Shown one piece after another: positions 12,117-25,444 of a DNA stretch of 64,000 bases. The DNA is taken from contig NC_087437.1 in the NCBI RefSeq assembly GCF_036321535.1, positions 53,942,001 through 54,006,000 on the forward strand. Reading direction: 5' to 3'. This DNA comes from Camelus dromedarius. Its lineage: Eukaryota. Position numbers and translations under genes: made by a program. Each line of letters starts with the position of its first letter. Position 1 is the stretch's first letter. Under the pieces are notes generated by a model. That model was not told the DNA's origin, did no database searches, and saw only the letters and a list, made by a program, of their open reading frames with translations.

Positions 12117-13724
12117 CTATACTGTTTCCAAACCCTAGTAACTAACTACAAGGTAAATTTTAAAGCAAATGTTGTAAAAGTTGTCTAGAAATTACTTAAT
12201 CATCCTCATTAATGTTCTGTGTTCCAGTTGCAAAAAAAAAAAAAAAAAGGAGTACTAGAAATAGAAATATTTGAAAAGACATAAACAGGTAGAGTGGCAT
12301 ATCAGTTTGACACATACACAACATTAACACTCTCTCAAAAGTATAAAGTATATTACAGCTTATAAAGCATGTTCACCCACTAACATCTCTACTGTGACTC
12401 TCAACACAAGCCCCTGTATGAACTAGTTGGAAAAAGTATAAATATTAGCATTTTTTTTTAAAATGAGGAAACAGAAAGACAGAACCAGATCTAGAATCCT
12501 GTTTAGGACTGAGTCCAGAACTTTCCCCCACACTGACATTTCCACATACATGTTAGCCTTCACTTGTATAGTGTTTACCAGTAGATGAAACCATTAAAAG
12601 TGCTTTAAGTTGACTCACTTAGTGTCTAGATGTACATACTCTGATTCACACTGCATTGGACTTTATCAGTTTTACACAAACCCACCAAAATATAATTCAT
12701 GGTGTGTGTGGGTGGGTGTTCACAACCAAAAAAAGTTAACTGTTGGCTATGTAAACAGTGCAATTTTAAATGGCTTGTGCTGCATTTGTACAACACTAAA
12801 CACTCTTCAAAATGCTTTCTACCATTCAATCTCTTTTGATCCTCACCAGATCCGCATTTGACAGAGGAGGGAAGCTGAGACTCTGTCTCTTGGAACTAAG
12901 TCATATTAGCTGTCTTTTGACAAGAAGCCATGCTGTTAGTGCTGGTTGGCGGTGACAGATGTTAGAACAGAAGTGGAAGGGAAAAAGGAAAGGGTGGGAG
13001 TCCGGTAGAGGGAAGACCCGAGGTGGAGAGAGGCAAAACCCGAGGTGGAGAGGGTGGCTCAGAGAACAAGGTTCTGGAATCAAGGTACAGGCTCGCTTTG
13101 AGTGGCCCCCGGATGAAGACGAAGCTTTCTTCTGCTTTGTGCTTCAGCCTTTACTGGCATCCACTTTCTAGATTTATACACCTTCATCATGAACCTTTTT
13201 GTGTTCAGGAGGCTGGGAACACAGATATTCTCCTTATAGGCGCCTTGTAATTCTATCTACATCCACACTCTGAAGCCTGATAAGGAAAGAAGGTGGGTGG
13301 GGTGGGAGCTGGGGGACCAGTGGCCATTGTCTCCTGTGGCAGCCTGATGGGGTGGAATAATTCACAGGGTTCACAGCCTGAAACATGTGAGCATCCTCTT
13401 AACTCATGGTGACAGCTTGGCCACATCCATGGCTGGGTGCTGGGGCCGTCTCACCCAGTCCTGCACCCTATGGTGCTCGTGTCTTAGGTGAAGGTGGGGT
13501 CACAGATTGTCGGCCAGGACTTCAAGGCTCTAACCACTACTTGGCAAGAATGCCCAGCCTTGTCATTTAATTTTTTATTTTAACAATCATTTATCAAACA
13601 CTGAAGATGAGCACCATACCAAGAGCTGGGAACAGAAGTAGATTTTTATTTATTGTAGCTTACTTTATATTTTATTTAACTTATTATAAATCAATTTATA
13701 TATTAACTTATATAACATTTCCTA

Positions 13725-13927
13725 TATATTCGGCACTGTTCTAATTGCTTTATTGTGAATTTAGTTCTCACTCCAACAATAAGACACGTTATTATCTCCA
13801 TTTCACAGATGAGAACACTGAGACATAGAAACATCAAGAAACTTACCTAAGGTCACACAGCTAGTGACTGTTAGAGCAGGAATTTGAATCCATGCTGTAC
13901 AACTTCAGAGAGAATGTAACCACTGTC
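13725..13927 (-). mobile_element. MIR SINE
   Basis: 'ctccatttcacagatgagaacactgagacatagaa...aacttacctaaggtcacacagctagtg...ggaatttgaatcca'. Confidence 0.9.
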
Positions 13928-14047
13928 TTTCAAAATCTCAGCTCTAAATAAGTTGTAGTCCAGAGGGCCACAGACAGTCATGCTAGAGCATGATGACTAT
14001 TGCAGTAACGATATGTGCACAGTACTGTGGAAAGAGTTTAAACAAGT

Positions 14048-15012
14048 TGTATGCCCCACACTTCTTCAGCCCAGGCAGTGGTATTACTGACCTCCTCATA
14101 CCCTATTCTCAGTAGCCTCCTACTGACCTGGTCCCATATCTGACTCAAAGACCAATCCTATCATTGTCAGCGGGGTTTCAGGCTTCCTATGGTGAGGGGC
14201 TGGGCACTTGGCATCCAGATGGCCTGGCCTCTGGTCCTGCTTAGGTCTCTGTCTCTAAATAGGTGTCTTCTGTCTTAATCTTCTGACTAAGCCCTATGTC
14301 ATATTATTGGTCCTGTAAATTCCATCTCTGCCTTGGCCCCTGCTTGGGCTCTCTGGAAAGTATCCTGATTTCTCTCTGTTTCTGATGGATGAGAGGGGGA
14401 TATGGCTGTAACGTGGAATTCTCATCCAAGACCAAGGCTTAAGGCAATCTTCCACCTATTCAAGTGAAAGTAGGTGGTCCCTTCCCCTTTCACTGTTTCA
14501 AGTACGTCCCTTCAGAGTTTGAACATAGAGGATGACCTTCTCAATGGAAGAGGGCCTCTTCTCAGTCAATGGTCACTGGGCATTTTTCTATTGGAACTTC
14601 TAAGCAAATACCTGAGGTCTTGCATGCCTTTAGGACTGAAACCCTGCCTTTTCTCTTCAGTCCTCTCTCCATTTCTACATCCGAGGGTCTGAGACTGCTG
14701 ACTGATGTCACCACCATTGCTTGCCTGTCCCAGATACTCCCTTACCACTCCCCTTTCCCAATCACATGCCAGGACCTCCATCTCTCTCCACGCCATATGC
14801 ACCCTATGCTCCATTTATCACAGCTCTATCCTGTCCTCTGCAACCATTTCTGCAAGATTATCCGGATGTCTCCTCCAGCAATCTATGCAATTACCAGTAA
14901 TTTGTCAGCAATCTTCATGCTCAGACTATTTGTATCAAAGTATAGCCATTGGTCTCACGTTATTATTATTTTTTTAGATGTTTTATCTCAAGAAAATCAA
15001 CCATTCCTGACA
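14048..15012 (-). mobile_element. Possible ancient solo LTR (MamGypLTR/LTR85-like)
   Basis: Minus strand begins 'tgtcaggaatggttgattttcttgagata' and ends 'tgtggggcataca' (TG...CA) with a purine-rich body; family from memory, no TSD. Confidence 0.35.
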
Positions 15013-15179
15013 CTGGCATCTTTCACTTAGCTTTATCCTCTAGATCTATAAAACAAAGCTTCCAATTATATAATCAAAAGGAGCAGAGATAGGGGTTTTA
15101 TCCCAAAACTCTGCCATAAACATATTTGACCTTTACTGACTGTTTAAGATATGCTGGGCACTCAGTACATGCTCATTTT

Positions 15180-15450
15180 CATGTTCTCATCCATTCTTAG
15201 AAAGATCTATGAAATTCATAATTATTATAACCATTTTACAAATAAAAAATTATACAATTTGACGGTCACACAGCTAACAAATGGAGGAGCTGGATCTCAA
15301 ACCTAGTTCAGCCTGCCCTTAAAGCTGAGTTCTAACCACCAATACTCTCCCTTCTTCACTCTTCCCTTCTGAATCGTGGTTTCCTTTCTATAAAATAAGG
15401 GGGTGAGATGGATCACAGGACTTCAAAAATCTGTTTCAACTCCAGCAGTG
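15180..15450. mobile_element. MIR fragments (- ~15180-15345, + ~15365-15450)
   Basis: 'ccattttacaaataaaaaa...ggtcacacagctaacaaatggaggagctggatctcaaacctag'; 'ggtttcctttctataaaataagggggtgagatggatc'. Confidence 0.7.
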
Positions 15451-15743
15451 CAGATCAGAGTTTAACATGAAGCTTGTCTCCCTTGCCTCCTGCTTCTGTG
15501 GTTCTCTCTGGAGAGGCAGCAGCATGTGTCTTCAAGTCTAAGGATTGTCCTAAAACCTTTGGGAGCATTATGCAGTTGTATGATCACAACAATTTAGAGA
15601 TACAGAGTATATTTTAGTACCCCATTTGACAGTTACAAAGTTAAAGCTTCAGACAATGGAGTCATTTATCCAGAGTTATGTCAGTAGAGGAGTTTGAGCC
15701 CAGATTTGCTACTTTATCTTCCGAGACCCAGACCCTGGGCTTG

Positions 15744-16377
15744 TGTAAAAGAAAAAAAATTGCACCAGACACTTGTTAAAACTGTCAAGACTGATTTTAT
15801 TTGAGATAACTGCAGGAGGGGAGAGACTTCAGTGTATTAACTGAGCTCAACTGCTCTGAATGAAAAGCAAGAGACCTTTTAAATGCTGGAGGATGCTGAA
15901 GGCTGTACTGAGGGCTGTTAAGGGGTGGGCTGTCAATGTGATTAGGCCATCTGTGTTTCCTAACTGGAACTTATCCAAGTTTGACTCCCACTCTCCCACA
16001 GAGACTGGGAGACCTTGGTTCTATCTTTCTTGATGATTGCATTTCAAAGGGATGACTCATAGGTCCTTAAGGAAGACATTCCTGGTTGTAGAAGATATAT
16101 TTTAAAAGGACAGAGAAAGGATTTGCCATTTTAAGTTTTCCAGAGTATATGCTCTAAGAAAAGGGAGATCAGAGGCTTATAGTCAGATTTTGGCTGGAAC
16201 AAGCAGTATATTCTTTTGGCAACATTGAGCTTTCTCAGGCAGGGACTTTGAGGGGGGTTGGAGTTGTCATCCTGGGGGTATAGCCTTGAATGAATGGAAG
16301 TCATACTAGAGTTTGTCCAAGTATCTTAGTGTTGGGGGTAGATGAAGTCATTTGTGCCAAGAGTTTTATAGTTTTCA
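15744..16377 (-). mobile_element. MER67-like ERV1 solo LTR
   Basis: TG...CA ends, near-TSD cttg/cctg, motifs 'atgctctaagaaaagggag', 'tggctggaacaagcag', 'gagctttctcaggcagg'. Confidence 0.85.
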
Positions 16378-17234
16378 CCTGTCACTATTCCATGTGTCTC
16401 TCCATTTCAGTGCTGGATGGACTGGATCTAAGGCTTCTGGGGATGTCTCCCTGATGCCAGCCCTAGAGAGAAGCCCATTTCTGTTTTAGAGCCCTGAAAA
16501 CTCCAAGCCTCATGTAAGAGCCATGCCTGCTTTCAGTTTCTTATTGTCCTACTAGAATCCAAGCTGAAGGATCTCCTAGACTAAAGGACCATCTACCCTA
16601 CTTCCTCCCTGTGTCTAAGGAGTACCATTGTTCTATAGCTGTTAGTCAACTGTGGCCTTGCACCATAGAGGGAGTCAAACTTTCCAGTGAATCTATTTGC
16701 CTTAGGCTCTGGAAACCTTGTTGAAAGACTCAGGGGGAAGCAAAGATATTATTATTATTTTTCACTGTTTGATTCATGTAGCATTCATTAGATGATTATA
16801 GCTGTTGGGATTTGATGGATGGAGCAGTCTGTCTTGTCACTATATTTTTGAGCTGCTCTGTAGCTACTCAATAATTACCATGCAGCTAAGTGGGGGCATG
16901 TTCAAGAATGCTAATGAATTATCAATTTTCTTTAAGCCTCATTAGATTTCTTGATAGCAAAACCTCCCATTGACAAGATCTCATCCAATATGATTTTCCA
17001 AACTCTCTTTTTGCTTGTCAGGCACAATACTATCTCTGCACGCATGAGGAAGTTTGGAAACTGCAGTGATTTCCTACTGTGTCATTATTTAGCACACTTG
17101 TTTTTGTTATAGCTCTTTGTGTGTGCATCTGTGTGGTATGTGTGTTGTGGAGGTGGGAGAGGGTAGACTGAGGTCTCTGGAGAAAATTTTTAAAGGGCAA
17201 TATTAAATTCTATTATAGAATTGAATTTTCTAGT

Positions 17235-17410
17235 TGGAAATTACTTTAGACTCATCTTGAACTATTGCCTTTCACTCCCCAATCTACTTTTCTCATATAA
17301 GTAAATGGCAAAATGATCCACCCAGTTCTTCTGGCCAAAAGCTTAGGTATCACCCATATAGAATGTTATCTTTGACCAACAGATTCATCTTTTCCATCTT
17401 GAAAGTAAAT
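17235..17410 (+). mobile_element. L2 fragment
   Basis: 'gtaaatggcaaaatgatccacccagtt...gccaaaagcttaggtatcaccc'. Confidence 0.55.
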
Positions 17411-18399
17411 CTTCCAACATCTAATTTGCATAGGGCATGCTGCTGAGTTGACATTTAATTAATATCAGTTATAAAGTTTGTTAAAGAAATTTGTTGCCCA
17501 AATTGTCCTTTCTACTCATTTACATTCTACCTATCTTTCAGTCCTAAATTCTACCACTTCCAGGGAAATTTTACTGAGTCCCAGGCACAGTTCATATCTC
17601 CTTTACACCTAGCATTCGAATTATATTAATTAATATACTGACTTTAGCCCAGGAGTCACCCATTTTCCCACCACCCCTGGTTTCTACATTTCTTGAGGAC
17701 AGGCACTAAGTCTCAGTAGAGTACTGGGCTCAGTAAGTACATTCTGGAAGGAAGGCACACATCTCTGACAGCCTACATATCCATTCAAAGTGACAACAAA
17801 GAAAACTTGCAAAATGAGAACCACAAGAGAAAAGGAAAAACTTTCCTCTTTCACTGCAGCCAAAGGAAGTTGGGAGGCACGTTAATTAACATATCTTTTC
17901 AGAATATTACTTCTCTTTTGTGGATGAACTCAGGCATTCATGAGGCAGGCAAATGGAGCTGGCTGGCTCTTCACCAACTTGGGAACAGGCAGAATGAGTA
18001 ATTATCTCTAAGTGGGTGGCGAGGGTCCCAGGAGCGGGAGGAACAGTGTGGTCTCTGCAAATCCCTAAACCGATTTACAAGGACCGGGCGGGTGGCAGGC
18101 TGTGTGATCAGCACCCTGAGGGAGATAAGGAAAACAAAGTAGCAACCCTCATGCTGCTTTCTGAGGAAGCCGCCTAGCTTAACCGTAAGCCTGGTGTGCT
18201 ATTTAACTCAACACAGCTGCAAACAAACAAGATTAGAAATGAATAATCGATTTCCTTTTAAAACAGCACATGAAACAAAAGCATTCTTTTTTTTTCTTTT
18301 GTCTCCCTGAGCAAAGCAATGGAAGTGCTTGTAGAGGAAGACAATTCGAAAACACCGATTCCTTCCATACTAGCTTAAATGAACTGTTTAAGACACAAC

Positions 18400-18560
18400 A
18401 CACTGAACTTAGAAATGGCCTTTAGAAATACTGCCTTGTTCCCATCTTATGGAGGAGGAAACTGAGACCTGGAGAGAAAAAAGAATTGACACCAAAATCA
18501 CAGAGCACACCAATGGAAATGCCAGAATCTAGAACTAAATTTCCTGTTCCCTGGGTCTAT
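18400..18560 (-). mobile_element. MIR3-like SINE
   Basis: 'gaggaggaaactgagacctggagag...ccaaaatcacagagc...gccagaatctagaact'. Confidence 0.7.
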
Positions 18561-18589
18561 TGGATATATGTGATGTTGAAAGGGGGAAG

Positions 18590-19220
18590 CTCAGTGGATC
18601 AGAGTCTGAATACCTGAGCTCCAGATTTTATCAAACTACAAATTCTGCAACTTTGGGCAAGTCACTTTTCCTTGTTTTGTTACGGAAACGACAGGCCAGT
18701 CAAGAAACAAGCACCACTCAGAGGGTTGGAGTACTCAGATGTATTACGCCGGCGGGCTCAGAGGGGCTTCTGCTCCGAAGCTCTGAGCACCTCCAAGATG
18801 TGCGCATGAGGTTTTATAGGGTAAAGTACAAGCTTGGGGTATTCGGCCAATAGGCATGGAACAGCTTTAGCAGCATTATCATCACAAAAGTGGAGGTGGG
18901 GAGGCAGCAAACCAACATTCCAAAGCCAGATATGTAGCTTTGAAAATCCAGCTGGCTAGCAAAAAAACATAAACAGCAAACCAACACTAATTAACTTAGA
19001 TTTACAAGTTAGTCCAGCAGAACTCAGATTTAGTATTCCAATACTTAGATTTGCCTTGTTAGCCCAGCCCAGCCTCTCCTTCACATTCCTAGACCTGTGA
19101 GTTATCTTGTTAGACCAGCCCGGTTTTCCCTTCACAGTTTCACCTTCTCTATCCATGAAATAATGGGTTTAGACTAAATGACCCATAAGACTCCTCCCAG
19201 TTCCAAAGTTATCTAACTTG
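18590..19220 (+). mobile_element. MIR3-like SINE split by the LTR at 18678-19136
   Basis: 'gcaactttgggcaagtcacttt' before and 'ccatgaaataatgggtttagactaaatgacccataag...cccagttc' after the LTR. Confidence 0.65.
18678..19136 (-). mobile_element. Young solo LTR (ERV1-type), 459 bp
   Basis: TG...CA termini, perfect 4-bp TSD GTTT (18674-77 / 19137-40), minus-strand TATAAAA (18812-18), CCAAT (18847-51), many retained CpGs. Confidence 0.92.
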
Positions 19221-19249
19221 TGATTTCAGTAAATGCTAATAACAAACAA

Positions 19250-19475
19250 ACAAATAAATAAAGTGCATACTATATACCAGATGCTATAAGAAACATTTTT
19301 TTCCATATGATATCTCATTTAATATTTATATCCCCATAAAGTAGGCATATTTGTTACTGCCTTTTACATATGGGGAAGCTGGAACTCAGGTTAAGTAACT
19401 AGTTCAGAGTTACATAATTCATGTGTGGTGACAGTGGCATTTGAACATCTACCTGTCTGACTTTAGAGATGGAAA
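19250..19475 (-). mobile_element. MIR SINE
   Basis: 'tctcatttaat...cttttacatatggggaagctggaactcaggttaagtaact...ggcatttgaac'. Confidence 0.8.
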
Positions 19476-19989
19476 CTGTAAGGTTAACAAATGTTCAAAT
19501 GTTAGTACTGTCCCATTCTTGGACTAAGACCTCACTCCCATCTTCACAGAGATCACCCTGGTTTGGGACACTCTGATGGTGACAGAGTAAAACTGACAGA
19601 GTATAGCTTGTACCCATTGATCCAATAATGCTGCAAGGCCACCAAGAAGTGTAACATTTATTTTACAAAGTAGTCTTTTAGATAAGAGAGGATTGCTTTT
19701 ATGACCCTTACTGTGAGAATCTTCTCTAAATTGAGATTTCTAGTCCTCTCCCTTGTTCTTTGTTTGGACTTGCTTTCAACTCCCTCACTACCCCCAGAAA
19801 AATCCCTCTGCCCACACCCAACATACCTGACACTTTCAATTTAGAGTATTATTACTGGTCAAATCCTGAGTAATTGCAAAAAAGGTGGAAGCAGAGAGGA
19901 TGATTTCAGAACAGATTTGATCAGGGAATCTTATTTGGGGCTATGATAGAGTCACAGGGATTTAATTGTCCTTCCATCTTACACAACTT

Positions 19990-22900
19990 AAAAAAAAAAA
20001 AAGGCAAAATAAGCCAAAAAAAGGAAATAATAAAGATCAAAATAGCAATATATGAAATAGAAAACAGAATAATAATATAGAAAATCAATGACTTGAGAAG
20101 ATTACTAAAATTGGTAAACCTTTAGCCATACTGATCAGGAGAAAAAAAAAATACAAAATGACCAATATCAAGAATGAAAAAAGGGCATCACTGTAGATTT
20201 TACTAACATTAAAATCTGAATGAAATTCAGAAATGAATAAAATGGAATATTATGAACAACTTTATGCCAAAAAATTCTACACATTATTTGAAATGGACAA
20301 ATGCCTTGAAAAAAATACAAATTCCCAAGTTCACTTGAAAAACAGATAACCCTAATATACTCATATTTCTTAGAGAAATTGAATAAATAACTAATAACCT
20401 TTCAGAAAAAAAGAAATCACCATATCCAGATAGTTTCACTGGTGAATTCTACCAAGTACTGAAAGAAGATACAATACTAACTCTCCATTATCTCTTCCAG
20501 AAAATAAAAGCAGAAGGAACACTTTCTTATTCTTTGAGACCAGCATGGTCCTTGATACCCAAACTAAACAAAGATATTTCATAAAAAGGAAACATAAACA
20601 TCCCTCCTCATGCAAAAATTCCTAATACAATTTAAGCAAATTTAATTTAACAGTGTAGAAAGAGGCTGACATATCATGAGTAAGTGAGGTTTATCACAGA
20701 AGTATGTTTCCGTTAACTTTTGAAAATCAATCAGTGGAATTTACCATACTAATAGACTAAAAAAAAGAAAATCTACATGATCATCTCAATAGATACAGAA
20801 AAACATTTGATAAAATTCATTCAATGTCTCTTCATGATTAAAAACTCCCAGCAACCTAGAAATAGAAGGAACTTGTTCAACCTGACAAAGAGGATCTATT
20901 AAAAAAAAAAAACAAAACTTACAGCTACTATTACACTTAATAATAAAGATTGAATGCTTTTCCTGTAATTTGGGGAAGAAAAGTCAATGCATTTTTTCAG
21001 CATTGCACTAGAAGCTTTATCCACTGCAGTAAAGCAAGAAAGTTTTCATACAAATTGGAAAAGAAATAAAATTGTCATTATTGGATGATGGCATAATATA
21101 TTTGTAGAAAATCCTAAGGATCTCCAAGCTAGCTACTAGAACTAATAAGTAAGTTTATCAAATATGCAGAATACATGATGAATATATAAACATTACTTAC
21201 AAGCAACAGAAGATATTTTACACAAGCAATAAACTGTCATAAAATAGAATTTAAAACAATAACATATCATCAAAATATGAAGTAATTATTGATAAATCTG
21301 TCAAAAGATGTGCAAAGCTTATATACTGAATACTACAAAATATTAATGAGAGATGTGAAAGAACAGCAAAAGAAATGAGATATATCACACGCATGAATTG
21401 GAAGACTCCATATCTTTGAGAGGTTAATTCTTCCTAAATTGATCTATTGATCCAGTGCAATTTCAGTTAAAAGTCCATTTTTTTTTAATACAAGAATAAA
21501 TCTTTAAGCTGATTGCAAAATCTATATGACAATTCAAAGGACCTACAGTGGCCAAGAACAGTTTGAAAAACAAGAACAACGTTGCAGAACTCATACTAAC
21601 TGATTTCAAAATTTATAAATTTATAATAAAGACAATGTAGAACTCGCATAAAGCTAGAGAAACTTATCAATGCAACAGAATAGAGTACAGAATTAGATCC
21701 ATATAAAAATATATGGCCAACTGATTTTTGACAAAAATACAAAGGAAATTTAAAGGGGGAAAGGCTGCATTTTCAACACATTGTGCTGGCACAATTTGAC
21801 AGCCATATGCAAAGAAAAAGAATCAATGTCAACCTTTTTAACAATATACAAAAAGTAACTTACATAGAACATAGACTTAATTGTGAGATAAAACAATAAA
21901 ACAATCTGAAGAAAACAGGAAAAAGTCTTAATGACCTAAGCTAGGATATCTTAAGTAGGACACTAAAAGCATGAAGTATGAAATAAAAACATAAGTATGT
22001 TGGATTTCTTCAAATTTGCTCCTCAAAGGAATTGTTAAGAAAGTAAAAGTTTTATGTCACAGATTAGGGGACAACATTTGCATAATAAATACCTGGCAAA
22101 GGACTTTTAACCAGAATGTATAAATAACTGTTGCAATTTAATAATGAGAAGACAAACAGCCTAATTTTAAAAAATGGCCGAATGATTTCAGTTAATAAAG
22201 AAGATATATATATATATATAGATGGTATATAAGCATATTAAAAATGCCTAACTTCATTAGTGATTAATGAAATGCAAATTAAACTACAATGAGATACAAC
22301 TGCACATTGATTAGAATGACTAAGATTAAAAAAACAAAACAAAAGAAGGTAATTTCAAATGTTAATGGATGTCGAGCATCTAGAACTCTCATATACTACT
22401 GGTGGGAATATAAAATGGTATAACTACTTCGGGAAACAGTTGCAATTTCTTTAAAAAAAAATTAAACATACACCTGCCATGAAACCCAGTCATTCCACTC
22501 CTAAGTATCTACCCAAAAGAAATGAAAGTATATGTTCACAAGAAGAGTTATACATGAATATTCATAGCAATGCTATTTGTATCAGCCGAAAACTGGAGTC
22601 TACTTGAAGTCTTTCACCAGGTCGATATAAACCATTTGTGGCAAATCTATTCAATAGAATAATCCTCAGCAATAAAAAGGAACAGACTATTGACACATGC
22701 AACATGGATAAATTTCAAACTAACTATAGAGTATATGAGAAGCCAGACAAAAAGGAGTACACAGTGCATGATTCCATTTGTATAAAATTCTAGAAAATGC
22801 ACATTAATCTACAGTGACAAAAAGCAAATCAGTGGCTTCATGCAAATAAGAGTAGAGATAAGGATATATTACAAAATGGCATGAGGAAACTTTTAGGATG

Positions 22901-23030
22901 ATGGAACTCCTTGTAATCTTAATTATGGTGTGTTTACAGGGTATATACAAATGTCCTATTTTACATATTAAATATGTGCAGTTTATTGTACATTTTATAT
23001 CAGTAAAGTTGCAAATAATTTTTTAAAGAA
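19990..23030 (+). mobile_element. Old L1 (L1MD/L1ME class), 5'-truncated ORF2 plus 3'UTR, degenerate
   Basis: ORF2 landmarks 'gatagtttcactggtgaattctaccaa', 'atcatctcaatagatacagaaaaacatttgataaaattca', 'tactggtgggaatataaaatggta'; 3'UTR 'ataaaattctagaaaatgcac...ggcatgaggaaacttt'. Confidence 0.93.
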
Positions 23031-23507
23031 AAGAGGAAAGAAAGACAAAATTTTGTTAACAGTGATCTTGACAGAATCCTCAATGAGAAAAGCATGTAAG
23101 AGGAAAAGACATTGAATAATTGGTAGAAAGAAAACTCAAGAAAAAGCTGTAATATCTTAGGCACAGGGCTTTGGATCAACAGCATTCTATCATCCATATT
23201 TTAAGCCTAGGTTGATTCAGATTGGCTTTATGGAAGAGTTTATTAGAAAAGAGGCTTATAGCAGTGCTTTTAGAGTGTAGGCTGCAATATGACACATGAT
23301 TCTTGAGCAGAGTATTAGAAGAAAGAATATTAAATTACAGGCTTAAAAGTGTCACCTTGTCATATGCTTTGCCTCCAAGCAGAGTTTATGTAGAAGACAT
23401 TTGGAGAAGACACCATTTCTCTAAACTGTGTTCATAGTATCAGGAAATGTCTAGCCACCCATCCAGGAGCTTTGGATTTATCTTTGACTCCTTTCTCCCC
23501 TCACTCC

Positions 23508-23935
23508 TCATGACAGCCATGGAAGAGACCCTTTCAGATCCCCCCTGAAGAGTCAGTTTGTTGCAAGGACTAGAGTTAGCTGACAGCCTCTGCCTGTGCT
23601 GTTTTTAGATACATCACAGCATTTGAGCCAAATCCATCTTAATCAATGAATGAGCCTCAACATTTCTGCCCAAAGCAGGATTCCTGTCAGACTAGAGCTG
23701 TCCAATGGGCTGGTCAAAATATTCTCAAAGCTTCATCAAAATCTGAGGCACTTCCTTTCTAATCACCCTTCTTTCCTCCTCTCTTTCACAGATATCAGAT
23801 GTGTATCATAGTCTGAAGGCTTTCTCTACTCACTTCTGCTCTCTTCTTTATTTTTATAGACACTCCCCTCAATACATCTCTTACACTTTTAACTCTGTCT
23901 TGACATCTGCTTCCTGGAGGACATGAACTGACGTG
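23508..23935 (+). mobile_element. LTR16C-like ERVL solo LTR inserted in an L2 (L2 flanks ~23450-23507 and ~23940-24050)
   Basis: 'ttagctgacagcctc', 'catttctgcccaaagcaggattcct', 'ctttcacagatatcaga...gtctgaaggc', 'tctgcttcctggaggacatgaactgac'. Confidence 0.85.
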
Positions 23936-24459
23936 CACCTCTGACACTCCTTTCCCATCATCTTAGTCCATAAGTTCTATTGAGTGTATCCTTAAACTCT
24001 CTCTCCAAGTTATTTCCTCTTCTCCAATTTCACTGCCTTGGTCCTAGGTAAGGCTGCCCTAGTTCTATCGCCTAAGAACTTGCCCTAAAAATGGTCAGAC
24101 ATCAGACTTGGATTTCAGTGCTAGTGTTACTCTTGGAACAGAGTGGTTGCTTGTGTGGCCTGGATAGCTGATAAATAGGGCTAAGCTTCCCTTAAGAATA
24201 GGATATAATTTGGAAGAGGGCTGTGAAGTCTGACTGCTAAGCCCTGGTCTGATAATTAACTTTTTCTAATGCTCCATGCTGGAATATCAGCTGACTTCTT
24301 TTTCATCTGAAATGAGAAAAGTTTAATCACAGTCTCTGCTCTTTATAAAGAATCAGAGGCTGGTGAAAATCTGTGAGCTCCTTAGAAGCTCTAATAATCT
24401 TCTATCTATGGACAAGAATGCTGACCTGCCACTATTCCAGTATATGCCTTTCATTTTGA

Positions 24460-24870
24460 CTCCAAATAAGACCTGGCTGCCTTCATCTGGTGTTTAAAGC
24501 CCTCATATCTTGTCTCTCAATATCCCCTTTCATTCTACATATGTTCCAGCCAAATGGAACCACTCGCTTATTCCCAAGCACAGTCAGTTCTTTCTCACTT
24601 CAGTAATTTCACTCAATCTCTTTCCTCCAACTGGAATCTCCTTTCTTCTCACTCTCAAAGCAGCTTGTCCAAATTCTACCCATCGTTTAAAGTCTATCTG
24701 AAATATGACCTCACCTAAGAATCCTCAGAAATACTCTCCCCCTCTGCTACCATTTCACAGTAGTTTTGCTTGTATACTTCTCATTGCACTCTTTTCTTTC
24801 TGCCTTGTTTTTTATTTATTAGGTACCTGTCTTACACCCTCTAGCAGGCTACATGCTCCTTGCTCAACTC
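24460..24870 (+). mobile_element. L2 3' region
   Basis: 'gttccagccaaatggaaccactc...ttctacccatcgtttaaagtctatctgaaatatgacctc'. Confidence 0.7.
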
Positions 24871-25444
24871 TCTGATCTCTACCCTCCTCTAGGATATGCC
24901 ACCTTAGGGCTGCTCAAGACTTTGGTTCTGAACAGGTGCATTGTTTTCAGAGGTAGTCATGGTTTTCTTTGTGTTCCATGCAGAAAAATCAATTATTTTC
25001 CTGAGCAAATCCTGTGGTGTAAACCAGTGAGTCTTGTATTGTTAACACAGATACCTGGTCAAACTGTTTAAAAGAGTAAATAAGCAAAAGGTCTCCAAGG
25101 TTTCACATGAGGATGTGAATGGCCATCATTGCTAAAACAGACTGTCTAACCCCCAGGGTCTGAGCAAAGGGTTTCAGAAATTGTTGCAGGTTGGAGGGAA
25201 TATCAATATTAGTAACTTCACCCTGCCCCTAAGACCTACTCCATTGTGTGTTCTCTCATTTGAGTCTCTAGTTATCATCAGACTTGACCTCTGGGCATCA
25301 GCCACTCACTCTGTAAAGTCACAGTCATAATATGGATGGAATTTCAATGCATTTCACTAAGAACCTTCCAGTGGTCCTAGTCTTGCCAAGGGATTCTCTC
25401 TCTGTTGTGTCATCCAAAACCAGCTTCCATGAACACGTTCCCAG

